DNA of 64,000 bases from Vulcanimicrobiota bacterium. GTDB taxonomy: Bacteria > Vulcanimicrobiota > Xenobia > Xenobiales > JADMJV01. The position numbers and the translations under genes were made by a program. Location of the stretch: positions 547,396 through 611,395 of the forward strand of contig JBFWNU010000005.1 in the NCBI GenBank assembly GCA_050250895.1. Reading direction: 5' to 3'. Numbering within the stretch: the first letter of the stretch is position 1; every line of letters starts with the position of its first letter. This document shows, one piece after another, positions 45,574 to 55,162 of this stretch. The notes under the pieces are model-generated. The model had not been told where the DNA came from and made no database searches. It saw only the letters and a program-made list of their open reading frames with translations.

Positions 45574-47055
45574 TTAGCCCACCGCTCGGTCGAACGCCTC
45601 CACCACCCGCGAGAACGGCTGCAGATGGTCGGCGTGGATGGCTAGCGCCTGGCCATCCACTCCGCCGGTCTCGCGCAACCAGCGCTCCACCCGGGCCCGC
45701 CAGTTCGGCGGCCCCTCCGTCTCGATCGGCACCGCCAGCAAAGCGATCTCCTCGGCCGTAAACAGGTCCGGCTGCACCATCCGCCGCACCTCCCGAACCC
45801 GAACCCCATAGCGGGCCAGGTGGTCGGCGTGAATCAGTGGCAAGTCAAAGCCCACCACGTCAAAATCGCAATAAGAAACGAGCACCACCTCATCGAGTCC
45901 AAGCTCGGCCGCAAAATACTCCGCCCCGATCAAAGGCGGCAGACCACCCGAAACAAACACCGATACTCCTCGCTCCTCGTGCAAGCCAAGAGCCTGACTC
46001 AGCAAGGTCTCCTTCTCCACGAAGAGCACCACCTCGGGCCGCGTCCGACCCACCAGGCGATACTCGGGATGGGCCGCCTTAAAGCCCAGCTCGCGATAGC
46101 CAAACAGGCCCCCCTCCACCAACCGCGTACACACCGTGCACATCAACCCGTAGGCCTCGTCGCTCTCCAGCGGCACCCGCGGCTTTTTCGGATAAAAGTT
46201 CACCATGTAGCCCGCCCGCTGAAACGCCGGACGCACCGGAAAGTAGTAGTAGCCGCGATGGTGGTCCCCGTCTCGCAGAGCCTCGCCCCGCCGCCGACCC
46301 TCTACCGTCTGCATCAACAAGTTCGCCACCAATCGCTCCGGATCGCCGGCGAATTCGCTGGTCAGGAACGCAGCCTTGGCTTCAGCCAGGCGCAGCGGCC
46401 AGCGCCGCATCCCAAACCACCGCATCAGGGCGTCTCGCTGCCCCGGAAGCTCGTCCGGGTCCTCAATACCTAGAGCCAACGCCAGTTTGGCCGCGGCGGG
46501 TTCGCTCAGCTCCAGCGCACTACCCTCATCGAAGGTCAGCCGAAAGGCCCGGCGCCCGTCCACCCGGCGTAAGAAGCGGGCCCGACGTGGATTGATGTAG
46601 TGATTGCGGCCCGCCCTCACCAGGTCCGGATGCCAGCGCGCCAGCGCCGCTCCGTTCTCGTGGGCACCGGCCGGACGCTCCCCTCGCACCGTCATCCAGG
46701 TGGAATCCGGAGCCCGCCGAGCCGTCAAATAGAGAACCTCCGAGGCCCGCACCCCCACCTTCTCCAGCCACGGGTCCTCCCACTCCGGCGGCCTCGCGCC
46801 GCCGGTCACCTCACCTGTCACCAACCAGCCGCCCGGCAGTTGCCAACCATCGCCTTCTGGTCGGGCAAAACTCAGATTCACCAGCGCCTCTCCCACCTCG
46901 GCCAGCCAGGGCAAGGAAGGGGGTAGGGGAGAGTGCCCGAGCACTTCGTCCGCCGAGAGCACCTCGAATCGGTCCCACTCAGGCCGCACCATGGCCACCC
47001 GTTCCATCGGCATGAAAACCAGTCCCTGGCGGTCGCTTAAGACCAGAAACTTCAC
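45574..47055 (-). CDS. LytTR-like + Spo11/Topo VI-A-like TOPRIM protein, paralogue A
   Basis: LVRAGRNHYINP; RGYYY; VVLFVEKET, SGGLP, YCDFDVVG. Confidence 0.75.
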   Translation of the reverse strand: MKFLVLSDRQGLVFMPMERVAMVRPEWDRFEVLSADEVLGHSPLPPSLPWLAEVGEALVNLSFARPEGDGWQLPGGWLVTGEVTGGARPPEWEDPWLEKVGVRASEVLYLTARRAPDSTWMTVRGERPAGAHENGAALARWHPDLVRAGRNHYINPRRARFLRRVDGRRAFRLTFDEGSALELSEPAAAKLALALGIEDPDELPGQRDALMRWFGMRRWPLRLAEAKAAFLTSEFAGDPERLVANLLMQTVEGRRRGEALRDGDHHRGYYYFPVRPAFQRAGYMVNFYPKKPRVPLESDEAYGLMCTVCTRLVEGGLFGYRELGFKAAHPEYRLVGRTRPEVVLFVEKETLLSQALGLHEERGVSVFVSGGLPPLIGAEYFAAELGLDEVVLVSYCDFDVVGFDLPLIHADHLARYGVRVREVRRMVQPDLFTAEEIALLAVPIETEGPPNWRARVERWLRETGGVDGQALAIHADHLQPFSRVVEAFDRAVG

Positions 47056-48536
47056 AACCGTGGCAACCCGGTCTCGGCTTCGAAGGCTTCGATCAATCGC
47101 GCCACCGGTCGCAGATAGTCGGCATAGAGGCCCTTCGCCTGTCCGTTCACCCCGCCGCTCCGGCGCACGAATTCATCCACGATCTTTGCCTTACCGCCCT
47201 GCCGCGACAGGGGGATCGCCAGCAGCTCCAGTTCCTCGGGGCTAAACCGCCGTGGAGTCACCAGGCGCACGATCGACCCCGCCCGACAACCATACCGCTC
47301 CACCATCCGGGCGAACACCTCGGGAAAATGCCAACCATAAGGGTCGAAATCGCAGAACGACACGATTTGCAGAGCCTCGCTCGGCTCGAGAAAGTCCAGG
47401 AAGAACTCGGTGGCGATCCAGGTTGGAGCCCCTCCCAGCACCAGCATGCTCGTGCCAAACATCGTGGCTACCGTGCGCGCATCCTCTTCCAGGCTCGCCT
47501 TTTCGGTAAGCAGCACCACATGCTTACGTGGGCCCGTCTGGCGCTGCATTTGACCCTGGTCCCGCATCCCCAGCTCGCGATAACTAAACAGTGCCCATTC
47601 GCCGACCATCAAATCGAGCCGGTCCAGCAACGTCGGCCACAGCCAGCCCGGCGAGCCCTCCGTCGCTCCCAGCGAAGCCTCCCATAGCCCCTCCTGCCCC
47701 AGACCCGGATGAAAGCCAAGCTCCTCTTCCCCCTCCAGCATCCCCGCCCGCATCGCCACCGTCACCACGGGCACATAGTACAAGCCGCGCGGAGTCCGCC
47801 CATACTCGGCCGCCTTGCCTTGCTCTCGCAACCGATAGGTCTGCCAGACCGCCTGCTCCACCAGGTTCAATCGGTCGAACTTCGCCAGTTCCGCGTGGTC
47901 AGCAAAGCGCAGTTCAAAAGGCCAGTCGCGCAACCCGCGCTCATACACCTGGGGATGCTCCACCCTCTCCAGAAAATTCGGCCACCCCACTCCCAGGCGC
48001 TCCACCAGTGGCTGCGAACTCACCCAGGCCGCTGACAACCGGTGACCCCCGGCCAGCTCCACCCCGACTCTCCCAAGCTTTCGCTCGACCAGCCTCACTG
48101 CCGTGGGATCGACCAGATGGTGGCCCAAAGCCACCCAATCCGGAAAGCGTTCCTCCACCTCGCGCCGCTCTAACTCGCAGGCCGCACACCCCTGGGTCGT
48201 GAGCCACACCAGGCGCCGCCGACGCCAGGCCACCCCTACCTCCAGCTGCCTCGGGGGCGCCTCCGGAGCCTCCGGCATCTCCCCTTCCAGCACCCAGCCT
48301 CCAGGTAGATGCAGGCTGCCATCCCGGCCGCGAGCGTGGCGCGGATTTACCCAGGCACCATCCACCTCGCCCAAATACTGCAACTCCGGCATCGGCCCCG
48401 GCCCGTGCGCCACCAGCCCATCAGCCCGAGTCGCCTCGATACGCCCCTTCCATTCCGGCCGGACCATCGCCAACTCCGACTCCGGCCACTGCACCAGTCG
48501 ACCAGGTTGAAAAAGAGTCAGCAGTCGCTCGCTCAT
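47052..48536 (-). CDS. LytTR-like + Spo11/Topo VI-A-like TOPRIM protein, paralogue B
   Basis: TPRGLYY; VVLLTEKAS, LGGAP, FCDFDPYG; start ATG48536 (alternative GTG48620). Confidence 0.75.
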   Translation of the reverse strand: MSERLLTLFQPGRLVQWPESELAMVRPEWKGRIEATRADGLVAHGPGPMPELQYLGEVDGAWVNPRHARGRDGSLHLPGGWVLEGEMPEAPEAPPRQLEVGVAWRRRRLVWLTTQGCAACELERREVEERFPDWVALGHHLVDPTAVRLVERKLGRVGVELAGGHRLSAAWVSSQPLVERLGVGWPNFLERVEHPQVYERGLRDWPFELRFADHAELAKFDRLNLVEQAVWQTYRLREQGKAAEYGRTPRGLYYVPVVTVAMRAGMLEGEEELGFHPGLGQEGLWEASLGATEGSPGWLWPTLLDRLDLMVGEWALFSYRELGMRDQGQMQRQTGPRKHVVLLTEKASLEEDARTVATMFGTSMLVLGGAPTWIATEFFLDFLEPSEALQIVSFCDFDPYGWHFPEVFARMVERYGCRAGSIVRLVTPRRFSPEELELLAIPLSRQGGKAKIVDEFVRRSGGVNGQAKGLYADYLRPVARLIEAFEAETGLPRL

Positions 48537-48704
48537 CTCCCAGCTTTCGCAGTCTGTTGCTCGACCCCTGGACGCCCCCCGCCTTGACTCCGAACGGACT
48601 CCAAGCACCCGATGCGACACTAGCCTCCCGCGAACTCGGTTGGCGGGAGATCCCTTGGCAGCGAACGAAGTAGAGAAACCGAATGTGGTCTGGCTTCGAT
48701 AATC

Positions 48705-49298
48705 ATGACTGAGCGCGAAACCCCTATACCGGCGGGCGAGCCGTCCGAAGGGGGGCTCGACCGTCTTGAGGCAGAAGAGATCGAGCGTCTTAAAGGCACT
48801 CTGGCACAGGTGTTAGACTCTGAAGAAGTCGATCGGATGCTCGCCTCGCTGACTGCGATCATACACCGTCGTGTCACCCAGAGTCTTCACGAACTCCCGA
48901 GGCGCCTGGCTGAATCCGTGGTTCAAACGTTGGTAAGGCCGCATCCTTTCCAGGTCGATGAGGTCCTCCTAGGCAACTGGCACCAGGCGGCGACGGGTTG
49001 CGCGTGGCTTGAGCCCTCGCAGGCCGTCACCCTCGCATTTCGAGCAGGCTCCAGGCTGACACTCCTCTATGACCCCGACTTTGGCGAAGGTCAAGTAAGT
49101 ATGGAAGCTCAAGGTGACGAGGCGGTGGCAAAGTTCGGTTTTTTGAGCGCCGCAAGACATATTCCGATGGAGATTCAGGTCGAAGCCCAGGGCGGCCCAA
49201 CGCTCGCCCTCCTGCTGCAGGCGTACGCTACTCCGACTCCCTTTGCTGGCGGGGTCATCCTCCGTCTTGACTACAGTCTCTACTTCAGGGAGGTCTAG
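48705..49298 (+). CDS. Hypothetical protein (helical N-terminus, beta-rich C-terminus)
   Basis: 197-aa ORF; first gene of an abutting three-gene unit. Confidence 0.65.
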   Translation: MTERETPIPAGEPSEGGLDRLEAEEIERLKGTLAQVLDSEEVDRMLASLTAIIHRRVTQSLHELPRRLAESVVQTLVRPHPFQVDEVLLGNWHQAATGCAWLEPSQAVTLAFRAGSRLTLLYDPDFGEGQVSMEAQGDEAVAKFGFLSAARHIPMEIQVEAQGGPTLALLLQAYATPTPFAGGVILRLDYSLYFREV

Positions 49299-49805
49299 AT
49301 GCCCATCGAGGTTAGGTCCACCGTTCTTCAGGCCAGCGCTCCGGCCTCTCGTGTTGCCGCCCGATGGAAGCTGACCCCATCTAGACTCCAGTGGACGCCG
49401 GCTGCTTCTACGCCAATAGCGGAACTCGGGCTACTCAATGAGCTTGCTCTGGCCCTGGAAATGGCCTCGAGGCCTGAGCCCTGGCTATTTCGGCCGAGCG
49501 CGTGGTCGTTCCGGACCGAAACGCGGCCGAAAGCCGAGCCTGTCGAGGTGATGGTCGGGACCGTCACGGAGCTAATGCAAGATCAGGCGGTGCTTTGGTT
49601 GGAGGACGAGAGCGGCGAAGGGCGCGAGATACAACTTCCGCGTTCTATGATCGGCCTTTCGGTTGAACCAGGCGATCTCTTGCAAGTCCTTTTCTTCTCA
49701 GAAGATGGGGCCATCTCGGCCAAGTTCCAGAAGGCGCCGACCCCCGGTCAGGCCGAGCTACAACGGTCCCTCGCCGACCTCAAATCACGATGCGGGAGCG
49801 ATTAG
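49299..49805 (+). CDS. Hypothetical protein with a small OB-like C-terminal domain
   Basis: VGTVTEL..DQAVLWL...IQLPRS...VEPGDLL; GGAGG SD; abuts the previous stop. Confidence 0.65.
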   Translation: MPIEVRSTVLQASAPASRVAARWKLTPSRLQWTPAASTPIAELGLLNELALALEMASRPEPWLFRPSAWSFRTETRPKAEPVEVMVGTVTELMQDQAVLWLEDESGEGREIQLPRSMIGLSVEPGDLLQVLFFSEDGAISAKFQKAPTPGQAELQRSLADLKSRCGSD

Positions 49806-49806
49806 C

Positions 49807-50820
49807 CTGTCTCTCGAGATTCACGTGTTTGGTCCCTCGGTGGGAGAAACCATCCTCGTTTGCTTGCCAGACGGTAGCTGGGGGGTTGTAGACCACTACG
49901 CGTCTAGTCCCAAACCCGAAGCAGACAGTCCAGCCCTGGAATACCTCCGCGCCCGTGGCGTCGACAGCTTGAGGTTTTTTTGCTGGACCCACCCGGATGA
50001 CGATCACTCGCGCGGAGTGAGAGCCCTACTTGCCCGCTTCAAAGGCAAGATCGGTGAGATTTGGCTCTTTGACGGAGTTCACAATGAGCGACTCATTGCA
50101 GCACTCGACGCTGAGCTTCGAAAGTTGTATCTCAAGAAGAGTCCCAGCTACTTCATCGAGCTCTACGCCGAACTCAGGCAAACCCTGAAGTCCACCAAGC
50201 ACGAGTACGTTACCACCAATACACCCCTCCTGGACGCGGACGGCCTCAAGATTACCGGCCTCGCTCCTTCACCCGAGATGAAGGATCGGTTCAACGAAAA
50301 GTTGGCACGTCTTTTCGGGGGGACAGAGGTGGCCATCGACAAGAAGGTCCAGCACCATAACGAAATCTCTTCGGCGCTGCTGCTCGAGTATGGTACGGCG
50401 CGCGTTGTCCTCGGCGGCGACGTAACCCGGCCAGGGTGGGAGACAGCCTGGACTCGAATTGGCGCCAGAAATGGCCCGAGTTCTTTGGTCAAAGCTAGTC
50501 ATCACGGCTCTGAGAATTCCTATTTCGAAGCTGCCTGGCACACCTGGCAGAGCAAGACGGCCGAGCAACCGACCACCATAGTGGTCACCCCATTCAAGCG
50601 CGTCCCGTTGCCGACCAAAGAGGGGTTAGAGCGACTGGGGCGACATGGGCAGGTCTACGCGACTGGCGCCAAGGTGCCCGCCGATTTCCCGTCGGGCCCT
50701 GCGTGGGGCTTCCTCAGCACTTTCGCAAAACCTCACTCCACCACGCCGCCCAGTGGAACCAGCCACTTCTTTGCTCGTGTCGGCTCATCGGGGGCCATAC
50801 TGGAACAGACCTGGCTCTAA
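49807..50820 (+). CDS. ComEC/Rec2-type metallo-beta-lactamase-fold hydrolase/nuclease
   Basis: VGETIL, WTHPDDDH, NEISSALL..VLGGD, KASHHGS; probable CTG start (ORF track gives 49663). Confidence 0.85.
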   Translation: MSLEIHVFGPSVGETILVCLPDGSWGVVDHYASSPKPEADSPALEYLRARGVDSLRFFCWTHPDDDHSRGVRALLARFKGKIGEIWLFDGVHNERLIAALDAELRKLYLKKSPSYFIELYAELRQTLKSTKHEYVTTNTPLLDADGLKITGLAPSPEMKDRFNEKLARLFGGTEVAIDKKVQHHNEISSALLLEYGTARVVLGGDVTRPGWETAWTRIGARNGPSSLVKASHHGSENSYFEAAWHTWQSKTAEQPTTIVVTPFKRVPLPTKEGLERLGRHGQVYATGAKVPADFPSGPAWGFLSTFAKPHSTTPPSGTSHFFARVGSSGAILEQTWL

Positions 50821-50889
50821 GAACCGCCATTCGAGAGGCAGAACCCTCAATGCGCCGAATGGGCGATAACACCATTCATGGGGGGTCGT

Positions 50890-51351
50890 ATGGGTCTCGA
50901 GATCACTGGGTTTTCCAAAACCAGGCTTCTGGCCGCCGAAGAAGTCACCGATTTTGCACTTTATCCACTCAAGGAAACGTGGGAGAACGATAGGTTCGCA
51001 CTGGTTCCCGTGCCCGCCGGAACTCCCCAGGCGCAAGGTCTTGTCTCTGGACGCTACGCCTGCGAAAATGCGTGGCAGATCCTGATTGGCCCCTACGTTC
51101 GACTGGAAAGGTTGCAACAAGAGCTACGCGAGTGTGCGGACTTTACCGATGACGTGCCCGATTTCGCCGAACTCTACACCGCGGGTCGCAACACGGTGTT
51201 TAGCACCACGGTTTGCGCTAAGCTGAAGCGGGATTTCCGCAAGTATTCGCTCTATTTCTTTAAAAAGCGCAATCGCTTCTACGATCTCTACTGTGAGTTT
51301 GGAGAATGTTTTGTCTTCGGTGCTGATGACGGTCTCGTCGTCTTTCACTGA
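50890..51351 (+). CDS. Hypothetical protein
   Basis: MGLDI-like start MGLEITGF; ends FGADDGLVVFH. Confidence 0.6.
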   Translation: MGLEITGFSKTRLLAAEEVTDFALYPLKETWENDRFALVPVPAGTPQAQGLVSGRYACENAWQILIGPYVRLERLQQELRECADFTDDVPDFAELYTAGRNTVFSTTVCAKLKRDFRKYSLYFFKKRNRFYDLYCEFGECFVFGADDGLVVFH

Positions 51352-51443
51352 GGCCATCGCTGACAGTCCAGCTATCATCTCCGTCCGTCTTTCGTTGCCC
51401 AATCGAGGGCAGGAACCCCCGCGCCTTTAGTAAATCGAACTTC

Positions 51444-52208
51444 ATGGCAACCTCGCTCAAACACCATTTGCTCCACACCCTGGCTCGCCTCGGCGACGAT
51501 GAAGCTCTGGCCGTGCTCCAGCAGCACCTCGAGCACGAAAGCCTCTCCGAGCGCCGCGACGCCCTCGAGGCTCTCTTTCACCTCCACCGCGATCGCGGTC
51601 TCTCCATTGTGGAGCTACTCTCGCACGCCATGCGCGACCGCCGGGCCGAAGTGCGCCTGCTGGCCGTCCAACTCGCTCGCCAGGCTCAAGACCCCGCCCT
51701 CACCCAGGCCCTGGCCGAGCGCTCTGCCGACCGCAGCGAAGAGGTCTTCGAAGAGGCCAGCCGCGCGCTGCGCGAGCTTCAAAGCCAGGACGAGCAAGCG
51801 CTGGCACCGCTGCTCGAGACCCTGCGAAGCCACGCCGAATGGGAGCATCGTCTCCGGGCCGCCCAAGCCCTGGCCTACCGCCACTCCATGACCCCCGCCA
51901 TCGAGGCCCTCCTCATGGCCGTTCAAGACAGCCAGCTCCCCGTCCGCATCACCGCCGGCCAATCCCTGAGCTACCTCCCCGTCGCCGACCAGCTCGTTCG
52001 CCTCCTCGACGCCACTGACGGCGACATCCAGCTCTCCGTCCTGTGGGCCCTCACCCGCCACGCCCAGAGCCAGCACATTCCGCTCCTCGAAGGCTACCTC
52101 GACCACCCCGACATCGGTTTCCGCAAAGCCGCCGTGGTCGGCCTCGGCCAGGCCCAGGCCGCCGCCAGCCGTGAACGCCTCCGTAAAATGTGGAAAGAAC
52201 TGGATTGA
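51444..52208 (+). CDS. HEAT repeat protein
   Basis: D...VR..A..AL repeats; host-like codon usage. Confidence 0.82.
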   Translation: MATSLKHHLLHTLARLGDDEALAVLQQHLEHESLSERRDALEALFHLHRDRGLSIVELLSHAMRDRRAEVRLLAVQLARQAQDPALTQALAERSADRSEEVFEEASRALRELQSQDEQALAPLLETLRSHAEWEHRLRAAQALAYRHSMTPAIEALLMAVQDSQLPVRITAGQSLSYLPVADQLVRLLDATDGDIQLSVLWALTRHAQSQHIPLLEGYLDHPDIGFRKAAVVGLGQAQAAASRERLRKMWKELD

Positions 52209-52418
52209 AGGTCCGCCACCTTTCAGGCTATCCGATGAGGCAGTTCATGCCGTCTGGCAATGCCGGCAGGATAGCCGTGGCCTCGACCAGCCGCTCGACA
52301 TCGAACCAGTCGGCTTCCGGCTCGGCGGTGGCCACGTGCTCCACCTTGCGCAGCTTCACCACTCCACCTGACTCTTGGCACTGGGCGCGTAGCAGGGCTT
52401 CGAGAAGTTCATCAGTCA

Positions 52419-52622
52419 ATGAACAACCTTTCCGAAAAGCTCGCCTTCGTCTGGGACGTGGCTAACGGTTCGCGCCTGACCGCTGACGGCTACGGGTCGA
52501 CTCGTGCTTCGGCTACCCTGGGCCCCGACTCGATCGCCCCAAGTTTCATACCCATCGTCCTGGTCAAACTCGAAGAAGGCGAAATGGCTATCTTCGCCGA
52601 GCTCGTCGAGGTGCTGGCGTGA
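52419..52622 (+). CDS. Small hypothetical protein
   Basis: 67-aa ORF whose stop overlaps the next start (GTGA); competing antisense ORFs exist. Confidence 0.3.
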   Translation: MNNLSEKLAFVWDVANGSRLTADGYGSTRASATLGPDSIAPSFIPIVLVKLEEGEMAIFAELVEVLA

Positions 52623-54307
52623 CGGGTTCCGGCGGGGCGGCCACCGCTCGGGGGATGAATTTTCAGGCCTTTGTCGCCGCCTGGGTCGCCACCCAAATCC
52701 TGGCCGAGAGGGCTGCCACCCCGCCTTGGGGCCTTGCTGCCTCCACGACTCTGGAGTGGCTCCGCCTTGAGACCGAAAACCCGGTGGACGACATTCTCGT
52801 GGGGACGTCGGCCGATGGCAACGCGTACGTCCAGGCCAAGGCCACACTCAAACTGTCTCAGTCTTCAACCTCCGACTTGGCCTCTGCTTTCGACCAGTTT
52901 GTTCGCCAGTTCATCGGTGGGCGAACGCCCAAGCCCGGCACCGGCGAGTGTTCAGCATCCCTTGATCCGAATCGCGACCGCCTGGTGCTGGCGACCTCAG
53001 CCTCCAGCTCCTCAAAGATTCGAGTCGTCCTACCAAAATTGCTTCAAGCCATGACGTACGGGCGACCCCCCACCAAGGATGAGGCGAAGGTGCTAGACTG
53101 TGTGAGGACTCACATCGAGCGCAGCTGGCAGGCAGCGGTGGGCACAAAGCCATCGGAGAAGGAAATCCAGGCTCTTCTCGCTCTGGTCCGCGTCCATACA
53201 ATTGACTTCGAATCCGAGACGGGCGAATTCGGTGTCAAAGACCTTTTGCGGAATGTGGTCCTGGAGCAACCGCCTCAGTCAGAGGTGGCTTGGTCCTGGC
53301 TGCTCACTCAGTGTGCCAACATGGCGGCAAATCGATCCGGCGCGGGTCGGAAGGAACTTCAAACCGGACTGATCGGCGCTGGCATAGTCTTGAAGATACC
53401 TCTTGGCCACCGGCCGGACATCGAGAGACTCCGACAATTTTCCAGGGCAACTCTCGATGCGCTAGAGCATCTCGGCGAGCTGAGGGTCGGTAAAGAAGAC
53501 TCCATCAAGATAGTGCGGGCTTGTGTGGCCGCCCTCCAGGCAGCGGCCCAAGAAAAGTCAGTCTTGGTGGTTGGCGAGCCGGGCGCCGGAAAATCGGGGG
53601 CAGTGTATGACCTGGCGAGAGCCCTGACCGAGGCCGGTAGGGATTGTCTGGTGATTGCCGTGGACCGCCTCGCTTCTGAGAGTTTGGGCCAACTGCGCAC
53701 CGAAATTGGCCTTGAGCGAGATCTACTAGAGACTCTGGAAAACTGGTTGGGGCCCCAACCGGGGTTTCTGATCATCGACGCGCTCGATGCTGCCCGCGGC
53801 GAGGCGGCCGCGGGTATGCTTCGTGAGCTCATTCGCAGGACTGCCGGGCAAAATGGCCGGTGGCACGTCGTCGCCTCGACCCGAAAATTCGACCTACGCT
53901 ATGGGGTCGAGCTAAGGCAACTCTTCGACGGTCGCGGGCCTACCGATTTTGTCGATCCTGAATTCAACCGAGTGCGACACGTGAACGTACCACTTCTTTC
54001 AGAGGATGAAATAGCCCAGGCGACAGCCCAGTCCTCAGACCTCCGTCTGCTTGTCGAGCAAGCGCCGCCAAGCCTGCGAGAACTGTTGCGAGTGCCCTTC
54101 AATCTGCGGCTCATCGCGGAGCTTGTGGGCCTGGGTGTTCCAACGGACCAGCTGAATCCCCTCCGAACCCAATTGGACCTTCTCGATCAGTATTGGACAT
54201 ACAGGGTCATTCGAACTGACGGCCGGGGCGACGGGCGAGAAGGCGTCCTGCGGGAGACCGGAAAGTTCGCCGTTTCGCCTTGGGCGCTGTGCGTGTATTC
54301 CCGATAA
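52619..54307 (+). CDS. PD-(D/E)xK nuclease + STAND/NACHT ATPase (Avs-like), apparently C-terminally truncated
   Basis: GMNFQ...PVDDI...YVQAK; Walker A GEPGAGKS; Walker B LIIDALD; LLRVPFNLRL. Confidence 0.78.
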   Translation: MTGSGGAATARGMNFQAFVAAWVATQILAERAATPPWGLAASTTLEWLRLETENPVDDILVGTSADGNAYVQAKATLKLSQSSTSDLASAFDQFVRQFIGGRTPKPGTGECSASLDPNRDRLVLATSASSSSKIRVVLPKLLQAMTYGRPPTKDEAKVLDCVRTHIERSWQAAVGTKPSEKEIQALLALVRVHTIDFESETGEFGVKDLLRNVVLEQPPQSEVAWSWLLTQCANMAANRSGAGRKELQTGLIGAGIVLKIPLGHRPDIERLRQFSRATLDALEHLGELRVGKEDSIKIVRACVAALQAAAQEKSVLVVGEPGAGKSGAVYDLARALTEAGRDCLVIAVDRLASESLGQLRTEIGLERDLLETLENWLGPQPGFLIIDALDAARGEAAAGMLRELIRRTAGQNGRWHVVASTRKFDLRYGVELRQLFDGRGPTDFVDPEFNRVRHVNVPLLSEDEIAQATAQSSDLRLLVEQAPPSLRELLRVPFNLRLIAELVGLGVPTDQLNPLRTQLDLLDQYWTYRVIRTDGRGDGREGVLRETGKFAVSPWALCVYSR

Positions 54308-55053
54308 TCGCCATGGACCACGTTGGGTCCCACCTCGTCTCCGAAATCAAACTCCGGTTCGATGGTGTTCAGCCGGTGCCAGCAGCCCTTTGTAGCAACG
54401 CAAACGACATCTATCGACTCTCGGGGTTCACGCTTTCCCAGTTCCCGCAAGATGAGCTCCCGAATCTGATCCGGCCTCAGATCAGATTCGTGGGCTACCA
54501 GCCCGTGGACGATCGGACCGTGTAAACAAGATCGGGGCGTGTCTCGGCGCCCCCCTCGGCCTCGGCTAATTCTGGCCGCTTTCTCAGCTGCCTCGGCAAT
54601 GTGGTGTCGCTTCAGCGTGAGTTTACATTCGAGAACGACCATGGTTCCGGAAGCCAGCCATTCTATACTTTCGTCTTTGAGAAAACCCGGGGGGTACCAC
54701 GGACTCAAAACGACGACATCGGTCTGTGGACTCATCGAGCCATCGGCAAAGAACAGGTTCCCCTTTGTCCTGACAAGATACTGCTGCGGGAGGGTGTCTC
54801 TCAGCACCTGTGCCCCGTTTAGCTCGCCCTGGTCGCCAGCACTTCCAGGATCAGCCAGTTGGGAACGGCCGCGTTTGTCGGTCCGTCGGTTGCGTTCGAT
54901 CCTCGCATAGTTTTCCTGGAGACGGCGGGACTGCTCCCTGAGAAACAGATCGAGTGGTCCTTCTGTCGGCGTTCGTGACTTCAGCGGTTTGTACGGTGGG
55001 GGGGCGGAAATCGCCCCGGGCTCATTTGCTTCCATACGTTGCTTTTCGTTCAC
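54187..55053 (-). CDS. DUF6602-like PD-(D/E)xK nuclease, 3' end probably disrupted
   Basis: DPGSAGDQGE..LRDTLP...SPQTDVVV...VLECKLTL. Confidence 0.7.
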   Translation of the reverse strand: MNEKQRMEANEPGAISAPPPYKPLKSRTPTEGPLDLFLREQSRRLQENYARIERNRRTDKRGRSQLADPGSAGDQGELNGAQVLRDTLPQQYLVRTKGNLFFADGSMSPQTDVVVLSPWYPPGFLKDESIEWLASGTMVVLECKLTLKRHHIAEAAEKAARISRGRGGRRDTPRSCLHGPIVHGLVAHESDLRPDQIRELILRELGKREPRESIDVVCVATKGCWHRLNTIEPEFDFGDEVGPNVVHGDYREYTHSAQGETANFPVSRRTPSRPSPRPSVRMTLYVQY

Positions 55054-55162
55054 GAAGGCCACTTCGCCCTGCGGACTCGACGAATGTACCGCGGAGCCAC
55101 GGCGGGAACCAGGACCAGCCGCCGACCGCTTGAGCCCGGCAGTCTCGAACGGTTCTCCAGGG

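Noticed and set aside
45574-48620. Wadjet system or canonical topoisomerase VI
   Set aside because: No SMC/kleisin (JetABC) or GHKL B-subunit gene nearby; N-termini are LytTR-like
52228-52419. Minus-strand 63-aa ORF or frameshifted continuation of the HEAT gene
   Set aside because: No motif or SD; cannot be told apart from antisense noise
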